64,000 bases of DNA from an uncultured Zetaproteobacteria bacterium (GTDB taxonomy: Bacteria > Pseudomonadota > Zetaproteobacteria > Mariprofundales > Mariprofundaceae), in the NCBI GenBank assembly GCA_964613235.1, contig CAZTGM010000001.1, positions 17,143 to 81,142 of the forward strand, in the 5' to 3' direction. Shown piece after piece: positions 9,491-18,743 of this stretch (its first letter is position 1; every line of letters begins with the position of its first letter). The notes beneath the pieces were generated by a model, which saw only the letters and a program-made list of their open reading frames with translations, was not told where the DNA came from and searched no databases. The position numbers were made by a program, and so were the translations under genes.

Positions 9491-9794
9491 CGAGCATGCT
9501 CCGCAGACCTTGCTTTAGCCTGGCGTGGTCACCGCGGATAAACAAACGCTTGCGCCGCGATGTCTGGCCGGAAGCCAGACTTACATCCGCTTTCGCCACG
9601 TCCAGCGCATCAGCAAAAACGCGCATGATGGCGGCATTGGCCCGCCCGTCCTGGGCTACCTCTCGAATGGCCACCTTGATCGCATCACCATGCATGCCGT
9701 GTATCATCGCCTTGCGTGCTCCCGGCTGGGCATGCACCCACACATACACGCCATCCGCCGCCTCACAGATGGCAGCAGCAATATCGTCGGACAC
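9480..9794 (-). CDS. yggU: DUF167/YggU-family protein
   Basis: GVYVWVHAQPGARKAMIHGMHGDAIKVAIREVAQDGRANAAIMRVFADAL is typical UPF0235. It has a GTG start and sits in conserved yggS-proC-yggT-yggU synteny. Confidence 0.8.
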   Translation of the reverse strand: MSDDIAAAICEAADGVYVWVHAQPGARKAMIHGMHGDAIKVAIREVAQDGRANAAIMRVFADALDVAKADVSLASGQTSRRKRLFIRGDHARLKQGLRSMLDES

Positions 9795-9799
9795 GGCGT

Positions 9800-10105
9800 T
9801 TAGCCACCCTGCAGCAGGCGGATGGCCATCGTATGCAGCGTGGCAACCAGAAAGTCATCCAGAAAAATGATGCCCAGCAATACCAGCATCGGCGAGAAAT
9901 CAATGCCGGAAAACGTCGGCAGACGACGCCGAATCGGATACAGCACCGGCTCTGATAACTGGATGATCACGCGCACAATCGGATTATACGGGTCCGGTGA
10001 AACCCAGGACAGAATGGCCCGCGCAATAATCACAATCATCAGCATGACCAGCACGATATGCAGCAATTCAGCCACGGCCTGCAGAAAATAACCGATGATA
10101 AACAT
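9800..10105 (-). CDS. yggT: YggT-family membrane protein
   Basis: MFIIGYFLQAVAELLHIVLVMLMIVIIARAILSWVSPDPYNPIV...GIDFSPMLVLLGI. The start at 10105 lies just after the proC stop. The longer ORF to 10192 would overlap proC. Confidence 0.85.
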   Translation of the reverse strand: MFIIGYFLQAVAELLHIVLVMLMIVIIARAILSWVSPDPYNPIVRVIIQLSEPVLYPIRRRLPTFSGIDFSPMLVLLGIIFLDDFLVATLHTMAIRLLQGG

Positions 10106-10106
10106 C

Positions 10107-10907
10107 TCAGCGTCCCAGTTCGGCCGAACGTCGTGCTGCCGCCGCCACAGCATTACGCACAGCCTCCGGCAAGCCTTCCTCGAACATGACATCCAGCGCC
10201 GCTTGTGTCGTCCCGCCGGGACTGGTCACCTGTTGACGAAGCTCCGAAGATGACCGACCACTCTCTACCAGCATCTTACCGGCTCCCAGCGCAGTATGGT
10301 TGGCCAGCTTGGCCGCAACTTCAGGCGCAAGGCCCAGTGTCTGGCCGGCCCCCTGAATCAGTTCGGCCAGCAGAAAAAAGTAGGCAGGCCCGCTGCCGGA
10401 GACGGCTGTCACAGCATGCAGGTCCTTTTCGCGCTGCACCCACAAGGTCTGGCCGCAGGCGCGCAACAGATATTCGGCTCGCTGCTGATGTTTGCCTTCC
10501 TGCTCGCTGAACAATGCGGAAATACCTGCCCCGACTAGCGCCGGTGTATTGGGCATGACGCGCACCAGTTGTACCTGTTCGCCTGCCATATCACGCAATT
10601 GCGTCATCGTTACCCCGGCCACAATACTGACCAGCGTTTGTCCTGCACCAAACATGCCGCTGAAATCATTGAGTGCTGCTTTCACCTGTTGCGGCTTGAC
10701 GGCCAGTACCACCATCGCCGCGCCGGCAACCTCTTGACGATCCCGGCAGGTTTGCACGCCGTATTTGTCAGCCAGCAGTTGCAACCGTTCTGCCTGGGGA
10801 TCGGCCACGCAAATCCTGTTTGCTGCATGCCCCGAACGAACCAGACCGGCAATAATGGCCTCCGCCATATTACCACCGCCAATAAACGATATTTTCAGCT
10901 CTTTCAT
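10107..10907 (-). CDS. proC: Pyrroline-5-carboxylate reductase
   Basis: ISFIGGGNMAEAIIAGL is the Rossmann motif. VRVMPNTPALVG and SPGGTTQAAL are also present. Confidence 0.93.
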   Translation of the reverse strand: MKELKISFIGGGNMAEAIIAGLVRSGHAANRICVADPQAERLQLLADKYGVQTCRDRQEVAGAAMVVLAVKPQQVKAALNDFSGMFGAGQTLVSIVAGVTMTQLRDMAGEQVQLVRVMPNTPALVGAGISALFSEQEGKHQQRAEYLLRACGQTLWVQREKDLHAVTAVSGSGPAYFFLLAELIQGAGQTLGLAPEVAAKLANHTALGAGKMLVESGRSSSELRQQVTSPGGTTQAALDVMFEEGLPEAVRNAVAAAARRSAELGR

Positions 10908-10911
10908 GAAC

Positions 10912-11586
10912 TTAATCCCTGTCCTCTCGCGCTAGTCTTGTATCCCATTCCCCGAACAAAGCCGACCCGATCCGGACCATCGTTGCTCCCTCATCCATGG
11001 CACAGGCATAGTCATGACTCATGCCCATGCACAACTCCCGAAGGCTCCCATCCAGACAACCTTCCCGCAAGCAGCGCAAAGTCTGAAAGCCCTCCTGTGC
11101 AGCACCCTTTGGCGCCATGCCCATCAGCCCGCAAACCCGGAACTCTTTCACTTCAGCCACCTGACGACACAGGGTATCGGCCTGCTCCGGCGCAACACCA
11201 TGCTGATGCGGCTGACCGGACAGATTAACCTGAATCAGCACCGGCAGAACACGATCCTGCACATGCGCAGCCACAGCCTCGGCCTGTTGCAGGCTTTCCA
11301 CGCTGTGCCACATGCTGGCAAAGCGCCCCACATACTTCGCCTTGTTGCGCTGCAATGGTCCGATCATATGCCAGCGGCACTCCGGCCAGCGCCGGGAGCG
11401 ATCGCGCAAGGCCTGCGGCCGGGATTCGGCAAATTCCGTCTGGCCGGCCGCAATCAGTGCGGCCACGGCATCATCCGGCGCATATTTGCTGACGGCCAGC
11501 AGGCGCACGCCCTGCGGCTGCAATTCGTCGCACAATGCCTGCCAGCGCTGAATCAGAGGCACATATATTACATCGTCCGTCTTCAT
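10912..11586 (-). CDS. yggS: YggS-family pyridoxal-phosphate homeostasis protein
   Basis: VRLLAVSKYAP, WHMIGPLQRNKAKY and CMGMSHDY motifs are present. There is an ATGA overlap with the ugd stop. Confidence 0.9.
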   Translation of the reverse strand: MKTDDVIYVPLIQRWQALCDELQPQGVRLLAVSKYAPDDAVAALIAAGQTEFAESRPQALRDRSRRWPECRWHMIGPLQRNKAKYVGRFASMWHSVESLQQAEAVAAHVQDRVLPVLIQVNLSGQPHQHGVAPEQADTLCRQVAEVKEFRVCGLMGMAPKGAAQEGFQTLRCLREGCLDGSLRELCMGMSHDYACAMDEGATMVRIGSALFGEWDTRLAREDRD

Positions 11587-12920
11587 ACTTCCGGATAAGG
11601 CCTGCCCCGCCCGATACCATAATGCTGCCAGCCGCGTTGCTGCATCAGTTCGGGATCATACAAATTACGTCCGTCGAACAGGATACGCCCGGGCATCAGG
11701 CACTCCACTTCCTGCCAGTCCGGTTCGCGGAAACACAGCCATTCGGTGACCACGACCAGTACATCGGCATCAGGCAGACAGGCTTCGGGCGATGCAACGA
11801 ACTCGATGCCCGCATCATCCGCCCAGATCGTACGACAAACATCCATCGCCGCCGGATCGTAAGCACGGATCCGCACGCCCTGTTGCAGCAGCATATCAAT
11901 GAGCAGACGACTCGGTGCCTCGCGCATATCGTCGGTACCGGGCTTGAAGGCCAGGCCCCACAGCGCTACGCGCGGCTGCTCGCATGCCGCCAGTGAGGCC
12001 AGCACATGGCGTGCAAAACGTACACGCTGCTGCTCATTGACCTCATGCACGGCATCGATCACCTGCAAGGGCTCCCCGTATTCCAGCCCTGTCGCCCGCA
12101 ACGCCTTGACATCCTTGGGAAAACACGAGCCGCCATAGCCCACGCCGGCATAAAGAAAATGCGGGCCAATGCGCGGATCGGAACCCAGCCCGGTGCGCAC
12201 AGCCTCAACATCCGCACCCACGCGGTCACACAGACGAGCGATCTCATTCATAAAGGAAATCCGCGTAGCCAGCATCGCATTGGCCGCATACTTCGTAATT
12301 TCTGCCGACTTTCTGTCCATGGCCACCAGACGATCGCGATTGCGGTTAAACGGTGCATACAAACGGCGGAAAATCGCGGCATCCGCCGCATGTTCGATGC
12401 CGACGATAATGCGATCCGGCTTGAGGAAGTCGCCCACGGCCTGACCTTCGCGCAAAAATTCTGGATTGCTGGCCACATGCACCGACAGCGAGGCATCGCG
12501 CTGTGCCAGAACATCAGCCACCACCGCCTCGACTTTCTCGCTGGTACCGACCGGCACCGTTGATTTGGTCACCATCAGGCAATCCTGCTGCACATGCCGT
12601 GCCGTCTCGGCAGCCGCTGCCAGTACATGACTCAAATCCGCCGAACCATCTTCATCGGGTGGCGTACCGACGGCGAGAAACACGACCTCGGCATTGGCTA
12701 CACCGATCGCATAATCGCTGGTAAACGTCAGATGCCCTGCCTGCATATTACGACAGACTATGGCATCCAGTCCCGGTTCATGAATCGGCATGATGCCTTC
12801 GGCCAGCTTGTCCAGCTTGTGCTGATCGCAGTCGATGCCGCATACATGATGCCCGACTTCGGCCAGACAGGCCGCTGTCACCAGCCCGACATAACCCGTA
12901 CCAATTACCGTAATATTCAT
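11583..12920 (-). CDS. ugd: UDP-glucose 6-dehydrogenase
   Basis: MNITVIGTGYVGLVTAACLAEVGH, NPEFLREG and GGSCFPKDV (catalytic Cys) are present. The start at 12920 is preceded by a GA-rich SD. The ORF-track extension to 13097 overlaps recR and is rejected. Confidence 0.92.
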   Translation of the reverse strand: MNITVIGTGYVGLVTAACLAEVGHHVCGIDCDQHKLDKLAEGIMPIHEPGLDAIVCRNMQAGHLTFTSDYAIGVANAEVVFLAVGTPPDEDGSADLSHVLAAAAETARHVQQDCLMVTKSTVPVGTSEKVEAVVADVLAQRDASLSVHVASNPEFLREGQAVGDFLKPDRIIVGIEHAADAAIFRRLYAPFNRNRDRLVAMDRKSAEITKYAANAMLATRISFMNEIARLCDRVGADVEAVRTGLGSDPRIGPHFLYAGVGYGGSCFPKDVKALRATGLEYGEPLQVIDAVHEVNEQQRVRFARHVLASLAACEQPRVALWGLAFKPGTDDMREAPSRLLIDMLLQQGVRIRAYDPAAMDVCRTIWADDAGIEFVASPEACLPDADVLVVVTEWLCFREPDWQEVECLMPGRILFDGRNLYDPELMQQRGWQHYGIGRGRPYPEV

Positions 12921-12927
12921 ATGCCCT

Positions 12928-13536
12928 TCACTCCCAGACCACGCGCTGATCCAGCGCCCGCTGCAAGGTATATTCGTCCAGGTATTCCAGTTCACCGCCT
13001 TCCGGCACACCGCGCGCGATGCGCGAGAGCGTACCGACGCGCGACTGGTAGCGCCGGGCCAGAAAATGTGCCGTGGCCTCGCCATCGACCGTCGCACTGG
13101 TAGCCAGAATCATTTCATCCACACCGTCATCCACCCGGCGATCCAACGCGGCAATGCGCAATTGCTCGGGGCCGATGCCATCGATCGGACTCAGGCGCCC
13201 GTGCAACACATGATACTGGCCCCGAAACATGCCGCCACGTTCCATCATCAGCACATCCACTGGCTGTTCGACAACACAGATGACACCGACCTGTCGCTGC
13301 GGATGTTCGCAGATCAGACATTGTCGCTGTTCGGCAAAACAGCCGCAGCGATCGCAAAAGCCCACCTGATCATGCAAGCCTGCCAGCACCTGCGCCAGCG
13401 CCTGGACTTCGGACTCTGGCCGGTTCAGCAAATGCAGGGCCAGTCGCATGGCCGTTTTCGGCCCCACTCCCGGCAGTGATGCCAGCATCTCAATGGCAGC
13501 CGCCAGAGAGGCGGGCACACCGGCCCTTGGTATCAA
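12928..13536 (-). CDS. recR: Recombination protein RecR
   Basis: LASLPGVGPKTAMRLALHLL (HhH), the zinc finger C-x2-C...C-x2-C (FCDRCGCFAEQRQCLIC) and a Toprim region are present. The start is non-ATG, either TTG at 13536 or GTG at 13518. Confidence 0.92.
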   Translation of the reverse strand: MIPRAGVPASLAAAIEMLASLPGVGPKTAMRLALHLLNRPESEVQALAQVLAGLHDQVGFCDRCGCFAEQRQCLICEHPQRQVGVICVVEQPVDVLMMERGGMFRGQYHVLHGRLSPIDGIGPEQLRIAALDRRVDDGVDEMILATSATVDGEATAHFLARRYQSRVGTLSRIARGVPEGGELEYLDEYTLQRALDQRVVWE

Positions 13537-13847
13537 AGCGAAAACCCCGGCGGAATCGGCATGCCGGCCATGATTTCCTGCTGCTTCTGCTTGCTTAATT
13601 CATCCACGGATCTGGCTGCGGCATTGAATGCGGCAGCAACCAGATCCTCAACGAGTTCCTTGTCATGCTCCTGCCACACGGAATCATCGATCGACACACG
13701 ACTGACGACACGTTCACCGTTCATCGTCACCTGCACCATGCCGCCGCCCGCTTCTCCGGTCACTTCCATTTCGGCCAGTTGCTGTTGCATTTTCTGCAGA
13801 TTTTCCTGCATTTTTTTTGCCTGTTGCATCATTTTTGCAATATTCAT
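13533..13847 (-). CDS. ybaB: YbaB/EbfC nucleoid-associated protein
   Basis: MNIAKMMQQAKKMQENLQKMQQQLAEMEVTGEAGGGMVQVTMNG is typical YbaB. It sits in dnaX-ybaB-recR synteny. Confidence 0.93.
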   Translation of the reverse strand: MNIAKMMQQAKKMQENLQKMQQQLAEMEVTGEAGGGMVQVTMNGERVVSRVSIDDSVWQEHDKELVEDLVAAAFNAAARSVDELSKQKQQEIMAGMPIPPGFSL

Positions 13848-13863
13848 CCGTCAACTCCACTCA

Positions 13864-15531
13864 TTACTGTTGTTCGCCCTGCACGCCTGCCGGCAACACC
13901 TCCACCAGCGTCGCACCCAGCTCACCCGCCAGTTGCTGTACATGCGGATCGTCAGCGGCCAGCTGACGCAAATGCTCGACTTCGGCCCTGGCCTTGCGCT
14001 CCCGCTGCTGGGACAATGTTTCACCCTCTGCCGTATGTTCCTTGCACTCCCAGAACACCTCCCTGCCCAGCCATTCGGCAAAGGCCTGGCGTTCAGGGGA
14101 GGCCAGATGACGCTCCTGCGCCTTGCCCAGCACGAGCCGTACCCGCTCGCCGAACTCGTGACAGACAACATGCTCAAGAATGGCTGCAATCCCCGGTCGC
14201 ACGCGGGCATAGGCATCCACCGCCTCCTGCCAGGAGGCAAAGGATGGTGTCGCCATCTGACAATCCGGCAAAGTCAGCGTGGCCACCTCCAGTGATTCCG
14301 ACAATGCTGTCTGCTGTTCCGGCTGCGTCCGTGCAGACTTAACATGCTCTGCCTTGCCGCCACTTGCCGGATGCGCATCCGTACGCGACTTGTCCGTGTC
14401 CTGCGTAAGGCCAGGCGTCGGCATGCTTTCGCACTTGTCTTCCGACAAGGCATGCAAAGCGCACAAACGCAATAATAACATCTCGCTGCCGACCGTTTCA
14501 TCGACCAGATGCAAATCGCGCAGGCCATGCAGCAACACCTGATAACGCAGATCCAGCCAGGTCAGTGTCATGGCAGGAAGCTGCTGTTCCAGCCACTGGC
14601 GATGCGCTGTATCCGCTTCTTCCTGCAATAATGCGCCATCTACCTTCAGGCATGCCAGCTGATGCCATAACATGGCCAGCGATTGCAGCAGCGTGCGTGG
14701 CACTTGGCCACCCTGCAACGCATCGCGTAACAGTTGCACAGCCTGGCATCCATCACCGGCAAAGATGGCTTCCGACAGACGGCAGGAAAGCTGCCTGCCA
14801 ACCAGTCCCAGTGCACGCTGTACATCCTCCAGCGTCAGACCGCTATCGGCATAGGCCAGCACCCGCTCGGTCAGCGACAGCGCATCGCGCACGCTGCCAT
14901 CGGCCGCTTGGGCGATTTCCGTCAGTGCAGTCGCCTCACAGTCGATATTTTCCGTCTGCAGCACATATTCAAGATACTGGCGGATTTCCGTCGTCCCCAG
15001 CCGTCGCAAATCAAAACGCTGGCACCGTGAACGTACGGTAAGCGGTAGCTTTTCCGCCTCGGTTGTGGCCAGAATAAACATCACATTGGCAGGCGGCTCT
15101 TCCAGTGTTTTCAGCAGCGCATTGAATGCACTCCTGGACAACATATGCGCCTCATCGATGATGAACACCTTGCAGGACAGGTTATTCGGCGGGTAGCGCA
15201 CACCATCCAGAATTTCGCGAATATCATCCACGCCGGTATGGCTGGCTGCATCCATTTCCTGCACATCGAAACTGGCACCATCCATAATGCTGCGACATGC
15301 GGTACATGTGCCGCATGGCTCGCCTTCTTTCGGTTGCTGACAATTCACGGCCATGGCCATGAGGCGGGCAATCGTGGTCTTGCCAACACCGCGGATACCG
15401 CAAAACAGATAGGCATGCGCCAGTTTGCCGGCACTCAGAGCATTGCGAATGGTACGTACCACCACGTCCTGGCCGACAAGATCGGAAAATGTGCGAGGCC
15501 GCCAGCGGCGGGCAAGAACCAGATATGACAT
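13864..15531 (-). CDS. dnaX: DNA polymerase III subunit gamma/tau
   Basis: MSYLVLARRWRPRTFSDLVGQD, FCGIRGVGKTTIARL (Walker A), the zinc module CGTCTACRS, FIIDEAHML and SRCQRF are all present. Confidence 0.95.
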   Translation of the reverse strand: MSYLVLARRWRPRTFSDLVGQDVVVRTIRNALSAGKLAHAYLFCGIRGVGKTTIARLMAMAVNCQQPKEGEPCGTCTACRSIMDGASFDVQEMDAASHTGVDDIREILDGVRYPPNNLSCKVFIIDEAHMLSRSAFNALLKTLEEPPANVMFILATTEAEKLPLTVRSRCQRFDLRRLGTTEIRQYLEYVLQTENIDCEATALTEIAQAADGSVRDALSLTERVLAYADSGLTLEDVQRALGLVGRQLSCRLSEAIFAGDGCQAVQLLRDALQGGQVPRTLLQSLAMLWHQLACLKVDGALLQEEADTAHRQWLEQQLPAMTLTWLDLRYQVLLHGLRDLHLVDETVGSEMLLLRLCALHALSEDKCESMPTPGLTQDTDKSRTDAHPASGGKAEHVKSARTQPEQQTALSESLEVATLTLPDCQMATPSFASWQEAVDAYARVRPGIAAILEHVVCHEFGERVRLVLGKAQERHLASPERQAFAEWLGREVFWECKEHTAEGETLSQQRERKARAEVEHLRQLAADDPHVQQLAGELGATLVEVLPAGVQGEQQ

Positions 15532-15574
15532 CGAGTCGACTCTACAAATTGGTCTGCTGACAACAAGAGCGGAT

Positions 15575-15612
15575 CAACAAAAAAACTCCGCCAAAAGACG
15601 GAGTTTTTTTTC
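15575..15612 (-). terminator. Rho-independent terminator downstream of dksA
   Basis: A 7-bp stem AACTCCG/CGGAGTT (15584-15590 and 15599-15605) with an 8-nt loop is flanked by an A-run and a T-run. On the minus strand the hairpin is followed by TTTTTTGTTG. Confidence 0.75.
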
Positions 15613-15634
15613 CAAAACAATGCCTGACTGCAAA

Positions 15635-16024
15635 TCAGTCCAGACGCGTACGCTCTTCCTGCTCCTGCTCCTGTTTGCAGTCGATACACAGCGTCGTCAC
15701 CGGACGCGCCTGCAAACGCTTCACGCTGATATTACCGCCACAGGATTCACAGATGCCGAATTCACCATCCTTGATACGGGTTAACGCCTGATTGATTTTA
15801 CGGATCAGCTTTCTTTCGCGATCTTTGATACGCAGATCAAAACTGCGATCGGTTTCAACACTGGCCTGATCGGTCGGATCGGGAAAGGCACTTTGTTCCT
15901 GCTCATGCATGGCATGCATATTCTCATGCTGTCCCTGCTCCAGCTCATCGCGCCAAGCTGTTAATTGTTGTTCAAAATCAGCCAGTTGTTTCTTTGTTAA
16001 CGGCATTGCTAAAACCTCCGACAT
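15635..16024 (-). CDS. dksA: RNA polymerase-binding transcription factor DksA
   Basis: The coiled-coil tip PDPTDQASVETDRSFDLRIKDRERKLI and the C4 zinc finger CESCGGNISVKRLQARPVTTLCIDC are present. An alternative ATG at 16006 (MPLTKKQ) has a GGAGG 9 nt upstream and may be the true start. Confidence 0.88.
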   Translation of the reverse strand: MSEVLAMPLTKKQLADFEQQLTAWRDELEQGQHENMHAMHEQEQSAFPDPTDQASVETDRSFDLRIKDRERKLIRKINQALTRIKDGEFGICESCGGNISVKRLQARPVTTLCIDCKQEQEQEERTRLD

Positions 16025-16091
16025 AAGGCGGATCGATAAAGGCTCCGCACAAAAAGGCGCGAACCATAACGATTTGAGCCTTTAGTGTAAA

Positions 16092-16703
16092 TCAACAGCG
16101 TTCAGACAGCAATCGGGAAAACGCGCGATGCCAGTCCTGCGCCAGAAGCGGCAATGAAGGCGACAACCCGTACGCCGCCAGCCTGTCCACGGCCAGCCCC
16201 GTACCGCAAGGGTTGATGGCCGCAAACCAGCGGACATCCACATCGACATTCAGCGCCATGCCATGATAGGCCACGCCGCGCTGCACGCGCACGCCCAGCG
16301 CGGCAATTTTGCCCTGCGCCGTCCACACACCCGGAAAGCCTTCCCTACGATGCGCATCCACCCCCAACGACTGCAGCAGGTCAATACAGGATTGCTCCAG
16401 CAAACACACATAGGCCTTCACGCCCAGGCCGCGCCGACGCAGATGAATCACCGGATAGAGCATCAACTGCCCCGGCCCGTGGAAGGTCGTTTCTCCGCCG
16501 CGATCCGTGCGTACAAACGGTGCCGGCAGCGCTTCCAGCAAGCGATTATCCACGCCGCGTCTACCCGTCGTATAGACCGGCTCATGCTCGCAGCTCCAGA
16601 CCACCTCTTCGCCACGCCCAGCAACGTCCTCGGCTCGCAGAACAAGCTTTCGCCACATCACATCATAGGCCATGCGCCCCAGCCAGAAGCCCTCCGACTT
16701 CAA
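16092..16703 (-). CDS. lipB: Octanoyltransferase LipB
   Basis: EHEPVYTTGR, RGGETTFHGPGQLMLYPV and KIAALGVRV are present. The TTG start overlaps the moeB stop (TTGA). An alternative ATG lies at 16673. Confidence 0.9.
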   Translation of the reverse strand: MKSEGFWLGRMAYDVMWRKLVLRAEDVAGRGEEVVWSCEHEPVYTTGRRGVDNRLLEALPAPFVRTDRGGETTFHGPGQLMLYPVIHLRRRGLGVKAYVCLLEQSCIDLLQSLGVDAHRREGFPGVWTAQGKIAALGVRVQRGVAYHGMALNVDVDVRWFAAINPCGTGLAVDRLAAYGLSPSLPLLAQDWHRAFSRLLSERC

Positions 16704-17842
16704 TACTTCTGCAGTGATGGCTCCACCTCGTCGGCCCAGCGCAGAATGCCACCCTGCAAATTGCGTACGCGCTCATAACCTTTCGATTTCAGCAGGGCCA
16801 CGGCCTGGGCAGAACGTCCGCCCATCTTGCAATAGACCACCACATCCTGATCCCGTGGCACTTCAGTATAACGCTGCGGCAACTGCCCCAGCGGAATCGC
16901 CAGGCTGTCGGCAAGGCTGCATATCTCCCGCTCGAACGGCTCGCGCACATCCAGCACGAACAATTGCGGATTACGCTGACATTCCTGCTGTAACTGCAGC
17001 GGCGTCATCTCATCCTCCTGCTCTTCCTGTTCCGTTGGCGGCAGACCACAAAACTGTTCATATTCCATAACATCATCGATACATGCATGCTCTCCGCACA
17101 GCGGACAGGTTGGATCACGATGCAAGCGCACTTCGCGAAAACGCATCTCCAGCGCATCGTAAAGCAGCAGTCGCCCGCTCAGCGTGGTTCCCTGTTGCAA
17201 AATGATCTTAATAGCCTCTGTAGCCTGGATCACCCCGATAACACCGGGCAATACGCCCAGCACACCGCCTTCGGCACAGGATGGTGCCATGCCAGGTGGC
17301 GGCGGCTCCGGGTACAAACAACGATAGCATGGGCCCTGCTGATAATTGAACACGGTTGCCTGTCCCTCGAACTGGAAAATCGATGCGTAAATCAGTGGCT
17401 TGCCTTCTAGCACGCAGGCATCATTAACCAGATAACGGGTTGGAAAATTATCCGTGCCGTCGATAACGAGATCATAGCCCCTCACAATATCGCGCACATT
17501 ATCCTGCCGTATGCCCTTGCCGTGCAGTTCCACCTGCACATGGGGATTGATCGCCAGCAGTGAATCCCGTGCCGATTCCACCTTGGGGCGTCCAATATCG
17601 GAGGTGGCATGGGCAATCTGACGCTGCAAATTGGATTCATCGACCACATCGAAATCTACCAGTCCGATCGTCCCCACCCCTGCAGCGGACAGATACAATG
17701 CAATCGGACTGCCCAGACCGCCCGTGCCAACGCACAACACGCGGGCCTGCTTCAGCTTTTGCTGTCCTTCAAGCCCCACCTGTGGCAAAATAATATGCCG
17801 ATTGAATCTCGCCAGTTCCTCAGGCGACAGTATTCCGGACAT
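16700..17842 (-). CDS. moeB: MoeB/ThiF-family adenylyltransferase with a C-terminal rhodanese domain (MoeZ-type)
   Basis: RFNRHIILPQVGLEGQQKL, VLCVGTGGLGSP, the CxxC pairs (CYRCLYPEPP, CPLCG) and a C-terminal rhodanese region (VVVYCKMGGRSAQA) are present. The start at 17842 (MSGILSPEE) lies immediately after the nagZ stop. Confidence 0.85.
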   Translation of the reverse strand: MSGILSPEELARFNRHIILPQVGLEGQQKLKQARVLCVGTGGLGSPIALYLSAAGVGTIGLVDFDVVDESNLQRQIAHATSDIGRPKVESARDSLLAINPHVQVELHGKGIRQDNVRDIVRGYDLVIDGTDNFPTRYLVNDACVLEGKPLIYASIFQFEGQATVFNYQQGPCYRCLYPEPPPPGMAPSCAEGGVLGVLPGVIGVIQATEAIKIILQQGTTLSGRLLLYDALEMRFREVRLHRDPTCPLCGEHACIDDVMEYEQFCGLPPTEQEEQEDEMTPLQLQQECQRNPQLFVLDVREPFEREICSLADSLAIPLGQLPQRYTEVPRDQDVVVYCKMGGRSAQAVALLKSKGYERVRNLQGGILRWADEVEPSLQKY

Positions 17843-17844
17843 GT

Positions 17845-18732
17845 TTATACTCCCAATGTTTCGTACAAAGTGGCGACACCTTCCGGCTGACACAGCAACA
17901 GCACATCGCAGCCTGCAGCCAATGCGGCATCGGCGGCGGATAACACATCATCGCCCACACCTTTCATGCACAGGTCATCGCTCCAGATATGGCCGCCGAA
18001 GCCCATCTGTTCACGCAACACCTGCTGCAGCCAGAATGGGGACAGGGTCGCCACATGATCTTCCACGGCATCATAAATCACATGCGCCGTCATGATATGA
18101 CGCAATCCTGCCTCGATCAGGCGGGCAAATGGCACGGCTTCGCGCAGGATTTGTTCCCTGCCAATATTCACGTGTGGAATGGCAATATGCGAATCGGCAT
18201 CGGCCCGCCCATGCCCCGGGAAATGCTTGCCCACGGCCTCAATACCCGCATCGCGATATCCCCGCCAGACACAACCCGCCAGGTCGGCCACCACATCCAC
18301 ATCATCGCTATAGGCCCGGTTGCCGATAATCGCATCGCCTTCCGGCGCAAACACATCCAGCACCGGCGCGCAATTGTGGGTAAAGCCCAGTGCTTTCAGC
18401 GCCTCGCCTGTTTCCAGCGCATCGGTATAGGCTTCCACCCGTGCCTTCTGCGGATCATTTGCATACAACCTGCCATAATCATCAGCCTGCCTGCGTGCAT
18501 TGAACGGCGGCCAGGGCATGCGATGCACGCGGCCGCCTTCTTCATCGATGGCCGACCATAATGGATTGCCGGTGCACTGACGCACCTCATCCAGCAAGGC
18601 CCGCACCTGTGCAGGGCTCTCGACATTGCGCGCAAACAGAATCACGCCTAGCGGCGGAAATGCCCGCAACAAAGCCTTCTCCCGTGCCGTCAACTGTGTC
18701 CCCTGCAAACCGATGATCATATAACGTTGCAT
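17845..18732 (-). CDS. nagZ: Beta-N-acetylhexosaminidase (GH3, NagZ-like)
   Basis: LGVILFARNV, IDEEGGRV and GKHFPGHGRADADSHIAIP are present. The ATG at 18732 is preceded by AAGGGAG. The ORF track starts 6 nt earlier at a TTG. Confidence 0.85.
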   Translation of the reverse strand: MQRYMIIGLQGTQLTAREKALLRAFPPLGVILFARNVESPAQVRALLDEVRQCTGNPLWSAIDEEGGRVHRMPWPPFNARRQADDYGRLYANDPQKARVEAYTDALETGEALKALGFTHNCAPVLDVFAPEGDAIIGNRAYSDDVDVVADLAGCVWRGYRDAGIEAVGKHFPGHGRADADSHIAIPHVNIGREQILREAVPFARLIEAGLRHIMTAHVIYDAVEDHVATLSPFWLQQVLREQMGFGGHIWSDDLCMKGVGDDVLSAADAALAAGCDVLLLCQPEGVATLYETLGV

Positions 18733-18743
18733 CGCCAACTCCC

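Noticed and set aside
13864-15531. A programmed -1 frameshift site in dnaX (A AAA AAG as in E. coli, producing gamma).
   Set aside because: I found no AAAAAAG/AAAAAAA heptamer within the dnaX coding strand. The only T8/A8 run nearby lies in ybaB. The tau/gamma production mechanism cannot be inferred here.
15532-15634. Possible SRP RNA (ffs) or another small RNA upstream of dnaX. The same question was asked of 38825-39093.
   Set aside because: There is no match to the conserved GGUCCGGAAGGAAGCAGCC domain IV motif on either strand. The dnaX-dksA spacer is fully explained by a bidirectional-looking hairpin terminator.
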